Shown here one piece after another: positions 49,082 to 64,000 of a DNA stretch of 64,000 nucleotides. Where the stretch lies: assembly GCF_009914755.1 (NCBI RefSeq), contig NC_060926.1; one strand, 5' to 3'. The position numbers and the translations under genes were made by a program. This DNA is from the human T2T-CHM13v2.0 reference genome, Homo sapiens. A model generated the notes under the pieces. The model did no database searches, was not told where the DNA came from, and saw only the letters and a list, made by a program, of their open reading frames with translations. Positions within the stretch are counted from its first letter, which is position 1. Each line of letters opens with the position of its first letter.

Positions 49082-49491
49082 TGAACTCCTGACTTCTGGA
49101 GATCTGTTCACCTTGGCCTCCCAAAGTCCTGGGATTACAGGTGTGAGACACTGCACCCGGCCTTGATTTGTTTTTTCACTAAACGTTGTATTACGAATAT
49201 TTCCCTCTGTCCTTAAGAATCTTGACAAGAGACATATGTTGGCTTTTTGGACATGGTTTCCTCTTACCCAATTCTTCCCAAAGTCAATCCTAATTCTCCT
49301 TGTTTTCTTTCAAGCTCATTTGATTTTCCGGCATCTTCAGTGAAACAGGAGATGCTCGCTGCCAGGCCTTCGGTATTCACAGATGTCCTTTAGCACAATT
49401 ATGGACTCCATGGGCCCTTGGACTCCTTGGGGATCGCCCCTGTGCCTGTCAGCGATGTTCCCGGCTCTGGTCCCAGGGGGAGGCCAGAGTG

Positions 49492-49510
49492 CAGCGCCAC
49501 CTGGTGGCCG
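49492..49510 (-). promoter_or_regulatory. Strong CTCF motif
   Basis: Minus strand reads CGGCCACCAGGTGGCGCTG, matching the core CCASYAGRKGGCRS, in locally CpG-enriched unique DNA. Confidence 0.7.
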
Positions 49511-50199
49511 GGAGTCACAAGGCGCAGACCCGGACCCGTTCAGGTTCTTTGTAGTCGCAGGTAAAGAGTTCTCTTCTAGAATTGGGTTAAACCGGTGGCG
49601 AAGGTCACTGATGCCAGCTGCCCGCTGGAGCCCCCAGGAGCCCACCGAAGCTCTGCCCTTCAGGAGCTGGTCAGGGGGCCGCCTGGGAGACCCGCCTCAT
49701 CGTGAGGACCTACCTGGTGCCAGACACATTACATAATTTCACAGACATTCTTCAACAGGGTGTCACTATCCCTTTACAGAGATGCAAACCAATCCAGAGA
49801 TGCTACATAGTCATGGTAAAGCTGAGATTTGGATCCCAGCCTTGTTCCTGTGTGTCTAATTCAGAGTCTGATTTGCAGCACTAAAATGGAGCTTATCAGA
49901 GGAGCAGAACAGGGAAGGGGTGGAGGGTGCCATGATTTGAGATGTTGCCTTCCCATTGTTGGGGATGCACCAAGCCCCAGGAAGCCGTGGGGCCACATAG
50001 ATGGATGGTCTCTGGCAAAATCTGTCAGGAATTCAGAGGACTGTGGCCACTAGCTCTGCAAATCTGAATGAAATTTGTGCCTGCAGGGGCCTGGGTGGAT
50101 CTGGAAACGTCAAGATGCCGGTAGCAGAAATGGAACTGGAAATGGAAAGGCAGGCTGGTGGAGCCTGGTATCTTGACAGAGCTCCAAAAACAACTGTGG

Positions 50200-50215
50200 A
50201 GAGAGAGGGATGGAC

Positions 50216-50272
<57 letters not shown>
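50200..50272. repeat. (GA)n microsatellite
   Basis: Directly visible. Confidence 0.95.
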
Positions 50273-50276
<4 letters not shown>

Positions 50277-50807
50277 CTGGGTGGGGAGAGAGAGAGCTGG
50301 GAGGGAAGAAATTCTTTTCTGGCAGACAATAAGGGATCATAATCTGCTAGTTTGGGAGTGCTCCAGCTCTGCCAGACGTCTCCAGTGGGACGGTCTCCCT
50401 TCATCCTAGTCAGGGGCTGGGACTTGACTTCCTCTTCCACCATCTCAGTAAGCGACCTTGGCCTTTGATTTGAGAGGGGCCGATGTGGGCAGGGTAGATT
50501 CTCAGGACACAGGAGAGCATCCATCCTTCTTAACAAACTGTGAATAAGGTGCTGGCTCCTGCTTTTGACTGGTTTTCCCGGCTGGTCTTCCTCAGTGGCA
50601 GGAAGCAGGAGCCTGGGGGCTGACCCACCTGCCCTGGGCTCCTTGGGAGGGGAACAGTGGTGCTTGATCCCAGGAGGCTCCCTGTGAGTGGCTGCTCCCT
50701 TCTCCAGCAAAGGATGTCTTATTATCAGGTCTGAAGATGAGGGAAGTTCACTATTGATTACGCCAGCCAGTGAGCAACTTTCTAACTTCACGGTCAAGTA
50801 TTTGCCC

Positions 50808-51483
50808 TTCTATTAATCAGGGTTCTTCAGAGAAGCAGATAGATAAGTAGATAGATTAGATAGATAGGGAGATAGATGGCTAGATAGATAGGGAGATAGA
50901 TGGCTAGATAGATAGATAGATGGCTAAATAGATAGATGGATGGCTACATGGATGGATAGATAGATGGCTAGATAGATGGATGGATAGCTACATAGATGGA
51001 TGGATAGATAGATAGATGGCTAAATAGATAGATGGCTAGATAGATAAACAGACAGATGGCTAGATACATAGACAGATGGCTAGATAGATATATGGATAAA
51101 TAGATGACTAGATAGATAGATGACTAAATAGATAGGCAGATCGATAGATTTATAGATCAATAGATAGATAGGTAATAGTTAGACAGATGGCTAGACAGAT
51201 GGATGGCCAGATAGATAGATAGATGGCTAGATAGATAGTGACTAGATAGATGGATAGGTAGATGGCTAGATAGATAGATGGATGGATGGTTAGCTAGATA
51301 GCTAGATAAATGGCTGGATAGATAGATGGATGGCTAGATACATAGATGACTAGATAGATAGTGGCTAGATGGATAGATAGATGGATGGCTAGATAGATGG
51401 CTAGATAGATAAATAGATGGATAGATAGATGGCTAGATAGGTGGATAGATAGGTGGATGGCTAGAGAGATACACAGATGTATG

Positions 51484-51535
<52 letters not shown>

Positions 51536-51866
51536 TGGAATTGGCTCATAGGATGGTCAAGGCTGGCAAGTGCAAAGTCTGTAGAGTGGGCTGGCAGGCT
51601 GGAGACCCCGGGAAGAGTTGATGCTGCGGCTCGAGTCCATAGGCAATCTACTGGCAAATTTACTCTTTGGAGGAAGTCAGTCTTTTTCTATTAAGACCTT
51701 CAGCTTATTGGATGAGGCCTACACACAGGAATTGCTTTACTCAAAGTCTACTGATTTAAATGTTCATGTCATCTAAAAAATACTTTCAGAGAGACATCCA
51801 GAATAATGTTGACCAAATATCTGGGTCCTGAGGCCCAGCCAAGTTGACATAAAATTAACCATCACT
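50808..51866. mobile_element. MLT2 (ERVL) solo LTR with internally expanded TAGA array
   Basis: TATTAATCAGGGTTCTTCAGAGAAGCAGA start; GGAATTGGCTCA after the array; GCCAAGTTGACATAAAATTAACCATCAC end. Confidence 0.75.
50838..51535. repeat. About 700 bp (TAGA)n array with recurrent GATGGCTAGATA unit
   Basis: Directly visible; ends in a pure (GATA)n run at about 51484-51534. Confidence 0.97.
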
Positions 51867-52034
51867 GCTCCCTTTGCTTTTAGCACTCAGTGAGTGAACA
51901 CTTTCAGCCCCTGCACCCCAAGCCATGAGTGATATCTATCTATCCACCCAGGCTGGGGGGAGTGGGAGCCCTGGGGCATAGTAAAGGGCTTCGATGAACA
52001 CAGGAGGGGAAGGGAAGTACAGAGACAAATGCTT

Positions 52035-52147
52035 AGATATATTGTATATCTGTTAACATTGTATAGTAAATATATATTATATATATATAATGTGTGTGTA
52101 TATATATACACACTATATATATGATGTAATGTGTGTGTGTATGTGTG

Positions 52148-52183
<36 letters not shown>

Positions 52184-52203
52184 TATATATATACAGTATA
52201 TAT
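52035..52203. repeat. (TA)n/(TG)n/(CA)n compound microsatellite
   Basis: Directly visible. Confidence 0.9.
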
Positions 52204-55200
52204 TGACCTCTGCCTCCCCTCTCCTGGCTCAGTCCCTTCTCAGACCCTGAAATTCTTTCTGTTTCTTGTCCACGGTGGAAGGACCCCTGGACAAGAAGCT
52301 TGGTGTCTCCATTGTCCCTCTCTCCCAGCCTGCCCTGACCCTGTCCTGAGACTCAAACCTTCCTGTGACCCGCCCTCACTTAAGGTTGCCAAAGCAGAAT
52401 TGCTCCAATGCCTTGGCCCTGCCATGTCAGCCCTCCTCTTCAACACTGAGGCCTGTCTGTTCTTCCCGGAGCTTCTAGAGTTGGCTGAGTGCCCATGACC
52501 AGGTGCCTGCCAGACCACCCTGATGCTTCTCACTGCCCAGCTTTCCCAGAAATTGTTCAAGTCCCCTGATGGGGCCTGGGGCTTGCCAGGGCTGGCAGTG
52601 CCTTTGGGCAGGTGCCCCAGTCTGGACCCAGGATCACATGAGTGAGTCTGACCCCACTTCTTCCCCTCAGCTGCTTTCCAAGCCTCTGCCCCATGGGTGA
52701 GGTTGACCAGATGCTCCAAGGAATGCATAGACTCACACTATGCAATCGCTCTGGGGCCCTATGGCTGGGTGTGACTCCTGGGCACAGCCTGGGGAGCAGG
52801 CTTCTCCTTTGAGTGGCCCCGAGCATTGAGGACAGCAAGGATAGTGGCAGGTGGTCTAGGCCCTCATCACCCCTGCCAGCAGCAGCTGGCAGTCCCTTAT
52901 CCCTTCTGGAGGCTCCTGTCCACTATCAGGCAGCTGCCTCCTCCAACGTCTTTCGAGGACATTGCTCCACAGCACCGATACACCCACGGGCTCTTCCCAT
53001 CAGCATCATCTCCCACCTCCCATCCATGTGGTGATGCTGAGCTCTCCACATTGATCCTGCCAAGCCAGATGCAGGCAGACATCCCTGGAGAGTGAGACTG
53101 CTCTTGTATGTGGAGGGCCAGGGTGCAATCATCATCAAATGGGATCTCAAGGTAGGAATGCAGTGATTATGGCCTAACACATTCAAGAGAATATGGCTGG
53201 AAGATGTGTGGTTCTACCTTTATGCTATAAAATTTGGAACAGTAATTTTTTTTTTTTTTTACTGTGTCGCTCTATCACCCAGGCTGGAGTGCAGTGGCGC
53301 GATCTCGACTCACTGCAATCTTCGCCTCCTGGGTTCAAGTGATTATCCTGCTCAGCCTCCAAAGTAGCTGTAGCTGCGATTATAGGCACGTACCACACCC
53401 ACCTGATTTTTTTTTTTTTTTTTTTAGTAGAGACAGGGTTTCACCATGTTAGCCAGGCTGGTCTCAAACTCCTGACCTCAGGTGATCCACTCCCCTCAGC
53501 CTCCCAAAGTGCTGGGATTACAGGTGTTAGCCACTGTGCCTGGCCACTCTCTAGCCATTATTTGAAGTCTTCATTGATAAATCACTATCCCTCACATGAG
53601 TTTGTGAATTTTGTAATACGTTAAAATTATTTATATTGACTGGAGACCTACAAAAAAAAAAATCCACCCACCAAAAGGGCAGCTCTGATCTAGATACTGG
53701 GATTTCCTGAATGTGGAGGGCAGAAGGGTGGGGGACAAGCCAGCTGACCATGCTGGATAGATCAGGCAATTGGGTGGAAAAGGAAGCAAAGTTGGGATGG
53801 GCCTTAAAAATGAGGGAAGAGTGCCCGTGTGGCGTGTGTGCCAGGGGATCTCACTCTGTGGAATGGCAAGGACCGTGGGAATAGAGGTGTGAGAGGTGGG
53901 GGGCTGGGGGTTTGGGGGAAGCTCTCTAAGTAGGGCAGTCTTGGCATGGTAGGGGTCTCTAGAGATGAGTGGGTGGAGGTGTAAAGGGACCAGTATTGCA
54001 AATGGATCCTCCTGGTGGCGTGGTCCAGGACTTCATGGATGTTGGTGGAGGCCAGCAGGGAAGTGAGAAGGGTGTGAAGGTACACAATGGGAGCATAGGA
54101 GATGACCCCATAAGGAGGGGGTGGACAGGTGCTGAGTGGAGGCGTGGGTGGGGAATGAGAGGCCTCCACACTGGGCTGCTGCAGAGGTGGCGTGCTGCGG
54201 AAGGGCCGGAGCGTGGAGGCCAGTTCCCATCACCACTCTATCCCCACGCCTGGCTCCCAGCCTGGCCAGAGGTCCTTGACTGGGAGTGCTTTGTCTGCCC
54301 TACAGACTCGCCTGCCATGTGTGTTGCTCAGCGGGGAGGTGCTGGGGGCCCTGTTCTGGGACAACCATCAGTGTGACACATGTTGAGCCCCTGGGCACAT
54401 GTGAGCTCTTTTACGAGCTACGTCCTTCAAGTTAGACAAGAAGAAACCAAGGCCGAGAGAGAGAAGAAACTTGACCAGGTTCCCACAGCTTGAATGTGGT
54501 GGCGCTGCCTGGCTGGTGCCCCTTCCTGGAGGGAGTCTGTTGTCATGTCCTGGAGGCCAAGGCCTGGATGTGGGATGGTGGGGGCACTCTTTGTGCAGCG
54601 GGTCAACACGTGCCCCTTCGGCCTTGGTGGGCCGGACCCAAGGACGGAGGGTGCCCAGGTCTGGGGGCTGAGGGATGGGTGTCCACCGCAGAGCCCTCAG
54701 AAATGACTGGTCCTGGATGGCGGTCCCTGGAGAGGCAGCTCCTCTTTGAGTGGTGGGCATATGTGGCCATGCCCAGTCTTGGAGGCGGTGCAGTCCGACC
54801 GGCCACCCCGACTGCTGAGACGCAGGACTCAGCACCCAGTGTTGTCCTTGGCCAGGCGGCCAGCCTGCCCTGTGGGGCTTTGGGGTTCTCCTCTCCGAGC
54901 TTGTTTCCCCAGCATCCTGGAGAAGCCCAGGGAAAAACCCAGCCTATGTTCCCGCTGTAAACGGCCCACATCCCCTCCAAGCTCCCTTTGTGTGTCTCCA
55001 AGCTGGACTGCAGGGATCAGAGCTGTGCTGCCCGTGCAGCACCCACCCGCCCCTGGGAATGAGGGTAATGGGGTCACAGAGCCATCACTTGGACCTTGGC
55101 GCCCTCGGCTGGTGGCAGCCAAGGTCTCCCAGCACCCAGGCCGCTGGGAGTCTCTAAAGGGGAGGGGTGGGGCTCGACTGTCCCCTCCCCCTCAAGTTTG

Positions 55201-55584
55201 CTCTGTCCTGGGCAGGCCGTAGTCCCAGTTGAGAAGCTGTGCCCCCTTGGGTGTTTTGGAGGTTCAGGGTGGGTGCTGAAAAGCCCTGGGGGAGAGCAGA
55301 AGGCTCGGGGGCCTGTCTAGGGCATGGCATCCCACGTGGGTGTCAGCACGGCCGCAGAAGAACCACTTCTCTGGCCCACCCATGCCTGCTAGGCCATGCT
55401 TCTTCAGAAGTGGCCACAACTCTCCTGACGTCTCCAGAGCCGGTCATTCCACCCAGGGGGACTTCAGCTGCCACTGGACACTTCAATTGTACGCTGCGAC
55501 CAGTTGCCAGGAAGGAGAGGGCTGGCAAGAGAGCCGCGGCAGCCGTGGCAGGGTGTAGGGGATGGTGGACGGCCAGGGCCCCCC

Positions 55585-55828
55585 CCTCTCTCTCTTTCTC
55601 TCTCTCTCTCTTGCTTGGTTTCTGTAATGAGGAAGTTCTCCGCAGCTCAGTTTCCTTTCCCTCACTGAGCGCCTGAAACAGGAAGTCAGTCAGTTAAGCT
55701 GGTGGCAGCAGCCGAGGCCACCAAGAGGCAACGGGCGGCAGGTTGCAGTGGAGGGGCCTCCGCTCCCCTCGGTGGTGTGTGGGTCCTGGGGGTGCCTGCC
55801 GGCCCGGCCGAGGAGGCCCACGCCCACC
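55585..55828 (+). promoter_or_regulatory. INPP5D: INPP5D TATA-less promoter / 5'UTR with ETS (PU.1) and ETS-IRF composite motifs
   Basis: (CT)n tract about 55585-55610; GAGGAAGT 55629-55636; GGAAAGGAAACT on minus strand (GGAA-NN-GAAA) 55649-55660; CAGGAAGT 55679-55686; GC/CpG-rich run to the ATG. Confidence 0.75.
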
Positions 55829-55962
55829 ATGGTCCCCTGCTGGAACCATGGCAACATCACCCGCTCCAAGGCGGAGGAGCTGCTTTCCAGGACAGGCAAG
55901 GACGGGAGCTTCCTCGTGCGTGCCAGCGAGTCCATCTCCCGGGCATACGCGCTCTGCGTGCT
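55829..55962 (+). CDS. INPP5D: SHIP1 (SH2-containing inositol 5-phosphatase 1), first coding exon, N-terminal part of SH2 domain; gene continues past the window
   Basis: Kozak CCCACC-ATG-G. Translates MVPCWNHGNITRSKAEELLSRTGKDGSFLVRASESISRAYALCV(L) with the SH2 FLVR motif. 134 coding nt, then donor CT|GTGAGT at 55963. Confidence 0.98.
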
Positions 55963-58900
55963 GTGAGTACAACCTGCTCCCTCCCCGGGCACAGATATGA
56001 CAGAGGGGCTTAGAGGGGGCCCAGCTTTGAGATGGGTTGTTCTTATGTCACAGGACAGAGTGATCTGACATGCACACTTCCCCGCCACCCTGTCATGGAC
56101 CTTGTCCTTGGAGTTCAGAGAGCTGGTCTCGTGGCAGGTTTTGCAGCCTTGGAGCTGTCAGAACCACTCTGAGGCCTGATGTTACACCCCAGCTTCCCAT
56201 GAGCTGTATGGACCTTGTGGCTTCCTTGGAGTCTGGGGACCGAGAGAAGGGAGTTTGGGCTTTTGGAGCCAGGAGGAAGCTCAGGGCTCTGTGGAGGTGG
56301 GTGTGTTAGAGATCAGCTCAAAGATGCCCAGCTCAGAAACCCTGAGAAGAGCAAAGGTGGCAAGGGGGACCCTTCCTGGAGCACCCAGGCTTCGGGCCCC
56401 TGGAGGAAGCTGTTGTTTGGCGAGCCAAGAATATGGGGTGAGTTTAATCAAGAAAGGACTTTCCATTCAGTCAGAAGCTGCTTTCAGGGGCCTGAGAGCA
56501 GAGGAAGTCACCATTACCACCAGCGAGCAGCCTCTTCTCTCTCCTGAGCACTTGGCTGTGACCGCTGCCCACCCCCCACCCCCTCAATTTGGGTCTCTGT
56601 CACCATCAACTCCTCCCACTGCCCGGTTGGGGATGTTACTGAATGTACCAGCTGTGCTAACAATGGAGGAACCAGCCACTTGCTGAAGGTTCCTTTCTAA
56701 AACCCCCTTCCTGTCCAGCGTCTGAAGGAGGCCCTTGCCCTGCAGCTCTCGGTCTAATCATAGGGGGGCCTTGCCCTGCAGCTCTTGGTCTAATCATTTT
56801 GCCGGGGCCTCAGGCAGTGCCAGAGTGTAGTCAGGGAAATATGTGTCCACCTGAACATCTCAAGTAGCATCCCTGGGCTGGCAGAAATGTTCCCCCGAGC
56901 AGCCAGGGCCTTGTGCTTCTCCAGGCAGGAGGGGAATTGGGTGATGAACCCAGACCTGTTTTGAATACTGACTCACAGCTGGGACCTGTCGTGCTAAGCA
57001 TTTGTTAGCCCATTTCATCCTCACCACAACCTAAAGTGAAGGTCCTGTTAAAAGCCCCACTTTGCAGATGAGAAATCTGAGGCCCTGGCAGGTTAAGTGA
57101 GTGACAACAGTCAAAGCCACGGCCATCTGCCCCCAGAGGCTGCAGCTGAGACCAGCAGCCTGTGGCCCAACCTCTCCTGCTCCCAGTCCAGCGGGGCAGG
57201 CATGTAGCCTTGCAGGGCTGGAGAAAGAAGCAAGGGGAGCCACAGTGTTTACAGGGTCAGCTGGGGCACTGGAAACCAAGCCAGGCTCGCAGCTGGTCGC
57301 TGGCCTGTGCTGACAGTCTGCAGCCCCACCTCCAAAGACTGGTTTCCTGTGTCCCCTCTCTCATGCCTCAGGGGAAGGAACGCAGGCCCAGGCTGCCTGG
57401 ACTTCCCCAGTGGGGACCTGCTGCTGCCGGGGCCTTAGAAGGAGCAGGAAGATTCTCTTAGGCCTCTCACAAGCCCAGTCTGACTCCACCTGGCCCATGT
57501 GGGTTACTTGGATTTCTCTCCTGGCCCAGTGGGATCTTGTCCTGGCTGTTTGGTGTTGGCTGAGCCGAGGGCTTCCAGGGCCCCATCTCATTAACCTTCA
57601 ACACAGCCCTTTGACCAGGGCTTGCTTTGTGGTTGCTCAGGTTACAGACATGGGGCGTGGGTCTCTCTGACTCCGAGCCGTGAGCATCTTAACGTCTAGG
57701 ATTAGCCTGAGCCAGAGTCAGAGCTGGAGAGGCCTTGGAGAAGCTCTGGTGCAACAGCCCTGGCTTTTCAGGAGGTAGACAGAGGGCAGAGAGCCTGAGG
57801 CCTTTGTCCACCATGCTGGCTGGGGTCAAAACTGCTGGGATCCAGGCCAGTTCTCGTATTCCTTCCTCTACCTCTTCTCTCTGAACCCTTGTCTGCACTG
57901 AGTTCTCTCAGAGTCATGATGGGTGTGCAGTGTCTGCTCCTTAGAGAGGGACCTGTGGTGCCTACAGATGTCCACTATCCTCTCAGCCGAAGCCTCGTCA
58001 GCCTCCTATCCTGAGGCTGCTGGGCTGCAAACACCAGGAGTCCCACCCCTTGGCCAGACAAACCCTGGGCTCAGTGTTTCCCTTTCTCCTCTGCTCAGGG
58101 TGGGAAGCTTCCCTTCCTGCAGGGTCAGGCTCCACTGTAGGCCGTGGGTTGCTATGGACCTGCAGACTTTCCATACATCTGCAGGCTTCATATGGCTGCC
58201 ACCCTGGATTTTGCCAATTACGGAGATTTTAAAACTAAAAACTAATTAAATGAATGATAACAAACTGTCATCTTCCAACACCTCATTTCTTGAAAGAAAG
58301 CAGCCTTTGACACCAAAAGAGGCAGGAAGGGCATTAAAAAAAAAAAAGCCAGTCATTTAAAGCAAAGAGATTGAACTTCTTGAAAAACAAACCCTACCAC
58401 CCTTAGTTTTCTGTGTTCCCTGCAGAGTCGCCGTGGCCTGACGGAGACGGCAGAGGCAGACAGTCCCAGGCTGAGGGGTGTGCAGGGCAGCCGGGTTTTC
58501 TGCGGCTGCAGAAGTAGCAGGCTTTGCCCCCCTAGCCCTGGAAGCCTGGAGCCACCCTGCTCTAGAAGTGACTGCAGAAGGAAGCCACACACTCACCCTC
58601 CTGCCCTAGCAAAGTCCATGGGAAAAGTATACCTGCCCCATGGCCCCTCAGATCACCCAGGTGCCCTGACCTCATCCTGCCTGGGCCCCAGCAGCACTCC
58701 CTCCCAGGCCCCCTCTGGTGGGCAAGGGGACAACGGCCGGAGTCTCCACCTGATGGTTTGGGCAAGTGTGCCTGGAGTCTCAGGAACTGAGAGCAGCCTC
58801 ACCAGGGAGGGGCCTTTGTGCTCAGGAAAGAGAACAGGATTTGACTATGTAAATGGACTTGAGCGGGGGTTGGACATCAAAAGACAGGGCTACAGTTCAG

Positions 58901-60657
58901 TGCCACCCATGTGACTTAGGAGTGCACATTCTGCGCACACCCAGCAAACCCTGCATTTCCTCGAGAGAGGTCAGCCCCGTCACCTACCACTGGGCAGGAA
59001 AGCTTTGATCTCACCTCAGCAGCTTGGAAAGCCCTGCTTGACAGGGAGCCTGGGCTCCATCTCGGGGCACAGACAGTTGCAGTGGGAAGACTCCAGCAGG
59101 TGGCTGCCTGGTTTGGGTCCAACTCTGCCGTCTTTCAGCCAGGGGCTCTTCTAAGTAGAGCCTATGTTGTCCCCACCTGGTCCCCACTCAAATCCCCCGG
59201 CAGAGTTGGCCCTGCTCCGGGGGGAGTCTGTGGGTGCCTCCAGGGGACGTTGGGTACATCGTGGGTGGGAGACATTAAGAGCTGTCAGGCTCATGCCCTC
59301 TCCTGCCACGCAGGGGCCAGCACACCTGGCAGGGCCTTATGCTGCAAAGAAGAGATGCCTTGGGAATGGGGTCAGTCAATGCAAGGGTCCATGGGTTGGC
59401 CGAGCCGGCATCCCCCTGTGCAATCTGCACAGGCAAAGCTGATCAAAGGCCCAATGTCAGTATATAGGCTGCCCTCTCTGCAGGAGCAGCTGGGGCCCGG
59501 GATCAGGCCTAGAGTGGCCGGCTCAGCTGTCTGCCATCCAGCCTGGAGTTGCGCAGGAGGGCGGCGTTCCCAGCCAACCACTCCAGAGAGAGGGGGCTTC
59601 CCTCATGGGGGAGGCGAAGGCACGTGGCTGCCTTTGGCTCAGAACCCAGTGCCTGGTCTGGCCACAGCTGACAGTGTGGTTTTGGTTTCCCTCCACATGT
59701 GGCCTTCCACAGGCCACCCAGGCACCATGGCAGGGTCTTGCTTACCCCTTCCCAGGGGCAGTGTAGACAGTGCACCGGACAGACCTGGCTTCACCAGCAG
59801 AAGGTTGTTACCAACCTGCTCCGCCTAATAACAGCAGGCAACTTCCAAAGAGCTCTGTGCCAGGCACCATTCTAGGCTTATATTGACTCATTTGATGTCC
59901 ACGAAGACCTTCAAAGGAGGTCTTATTATCTCCACTTTACAGATGGGGAAACCGAGGTGCAGAGCGGTTTATGGAACAGGCCTAGTTTACAGGACTAACA
60001 AATAAAAGGGCCAGGATTGCATGCATGATCTTCCTGGAAGCGAGAAACAGAGACCATAAGGTGGCCTGTGTGGGGCGGGGCAGAGCCTGGAGAGGGAACT
60101 TCTCGTGATGGAGCCGCAGAGAAGGGACTTGGGAGGGCGAAACTCCTAATCTCAGAGAGTCCAACAGAGTTGGAAAGCTGTGGTGTGAGCGGGTGGCTAA
60201 GTCTCCCTTTCGAAGCTTCAGTAAAATAGACACTGTTAATTGTTTTTGTGCAAATGCAATAAGGCACTATTTTTCATATCTGATATTGACAGTCAGTGGG
60301 AAAAAATGCTGGCCCAGGTCGTAGCCAGAGCTACTGACATCTGGCTCACACCAGAAAGCCGGCCAAGGGGCTTTATCCAAGGCTGACTGTGCCGGGTTTT
60401 CTCTCTGCATGCAAGACCAGGAAGGGGTATGTGCCCTGGAAGGCCTATGTATTTCACTCACTAACTGTATCTTCCATGTGAAGTGACGCAGAGCAAGCAT
60501 GTTAAAATGGAGTCTCCAGGTTTTCTGTGCCTACGCTCAGCCCCCCTGAAAAGTCCTTTCGGGTCCAGAGATTAGGCTCCAGCTTTGATGCTTTGCATGT
60601 TTGTCTACCTGGTAGGTTAAATTCATAAATTCATGAACACAATCAGCACTTCTTGGG

Positions 60658-62365
<1,708 letters not shown>

Positions 62366-63115
62366 TGGTATACAATTCTTTATCGTGCTTTTAGTGCATT
62401 CACAATGTTGTGAAACCAACACCACTGTCTGATTCCAGGACATTCTCAATACCTCGAAAAGAAAAGAAACCCTGTACCCACAGCAGTCACTCCCTATTCC
62501 CTCTCCACCCAAACCCTGGCAGCAACTAAATGACTTTTTGTCTATGGATTTATCTTTTCCGGATGTTTCATAACTGGAAACATACAACATGTGGACTTTG
62601 GGGCCAGCTTCTTTCACTGAGCACAATGCTGTCAAGCTTCATCTGTGTTGTGGCATGAATCACTCCTCTCCAGGGCTGACTAATGAGCCACTGTATTGAA
62701 AGAACCACATTTTGTTTATCCATTCATCAGTTGACAGGCATTTGGGTTGTTTCCACTTTTGGGCTATAATGAATAATGCTGTGATGAACATTCATATACA
62801 AGGTTTTGTGCAAACATATATTTTCAATATTCTTGGGTCTATATCTAGGAGCAGAATTGCTGGGTCATTTAAGTCTAACACTTTGAGGAACAGCTAAACT
62901 GTTTTCCTTGGTGGATCCACCATTTTGCATTCCTACTAGCAACATCTGAGGGTTCCAATGTCTCCACTTCCCTACCAGCACTTGTTATTATCTTTTTTAT
63001 TATAGCCATCCTAGTGGGTGTGAAGTGATGTCTTATTGTGGTTTTAATTTGCATTTCTCTAATGGCTAATGATGCCAAACGTCTTTTCTCATGGTTAATG
63101 GCCATTTGTATTTGG
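62366..63115 (-). mobile_element. L1M (L1MB-like) 3' fragment
   Basis: GTTTATCCATTCATCAGTTGA...CATTTGGGTTGTTTCCACT...ATAGCCATCCTAGTGGGTGTGAAGTGA. Confidence 0.75.
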
Positions 63116-63292
63116 AGAAAAGTCAATTCAGATCCTTTGTACATTTAGAAAACAGGGTTGTTTGTCTTTTCCTTGTTTCCTTGGGTTATCAAGAGGACAA
63201 AATGGAAAGATGTGAGTGACATTTACAGCCCAAGTCCAGGCATGTGGTAAGCACCCACCGAATGCTTTGCACACATAAAAATCATGCTGGTG

Positions 63293-63909
<617 letters not shown>

Positions 63910-64000
63910 TTATGAGCTAAAAGTGACTAGTGACATCTCAGAAGCAGAGGAGTACAGGACCCATCTGTGAAGAACATTCCATACAGAGGAGAGAGGAGAA

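Noticed and set aside
50033-50797. 254-aa minus-strand ORF
   Set aside because: Runs through the (GA)n microsatellite; no recognisable family; non-ATG start.
59082-59828. 248-aa ORF in INPP5D intron 1
   Set aside because: GC-rich chance ORF with no resemblance to SHIP1 or any family I recognise.

Overview
Human (primate) genomic DNA, recognisable from its proteins as the NGEF - NEU2 - INPP5D interval on chromosome 2q37.1. Firm calls are the complete two-exon NEU2 cytosolic sialidase CDS (28063-28263 plus 29507-30448, 380 aa) and the first coding exon of INPP5D/SHIP1 (55829-55962) with its ETS/PU.1-type promoter. A probable non-coding first exon of NGEF lies on the minus strand at about 8482-8660. 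The rest is intronic or intergenic: about 40 Alus, L1/L2/MIR fragments, MaLR/ERV solo LTRs and three large simple-repeat arrays. Nearly all ORFs in the supplied track are repeat-derived or chance ORFs. I see no clearly new multi-gene system. The best lead is a spliced plus-strand unit overlapping the NGEF first exon in antisense, with intact splice and poly(A) signals, a Kozak-strong 68-codon ORF and a ~1 kb YCAY array in its intron. Other leads are the NEU2 3' region (no nearby canonical poly(A) signal, UG/UGCAUG array), an AP-1-bearing LTR10 upstream of NEU2, two CTCF motifs, and several retrotransposition or repair scars. Repeat family names come from recalled consensus sequences; their boundaries are approximate.
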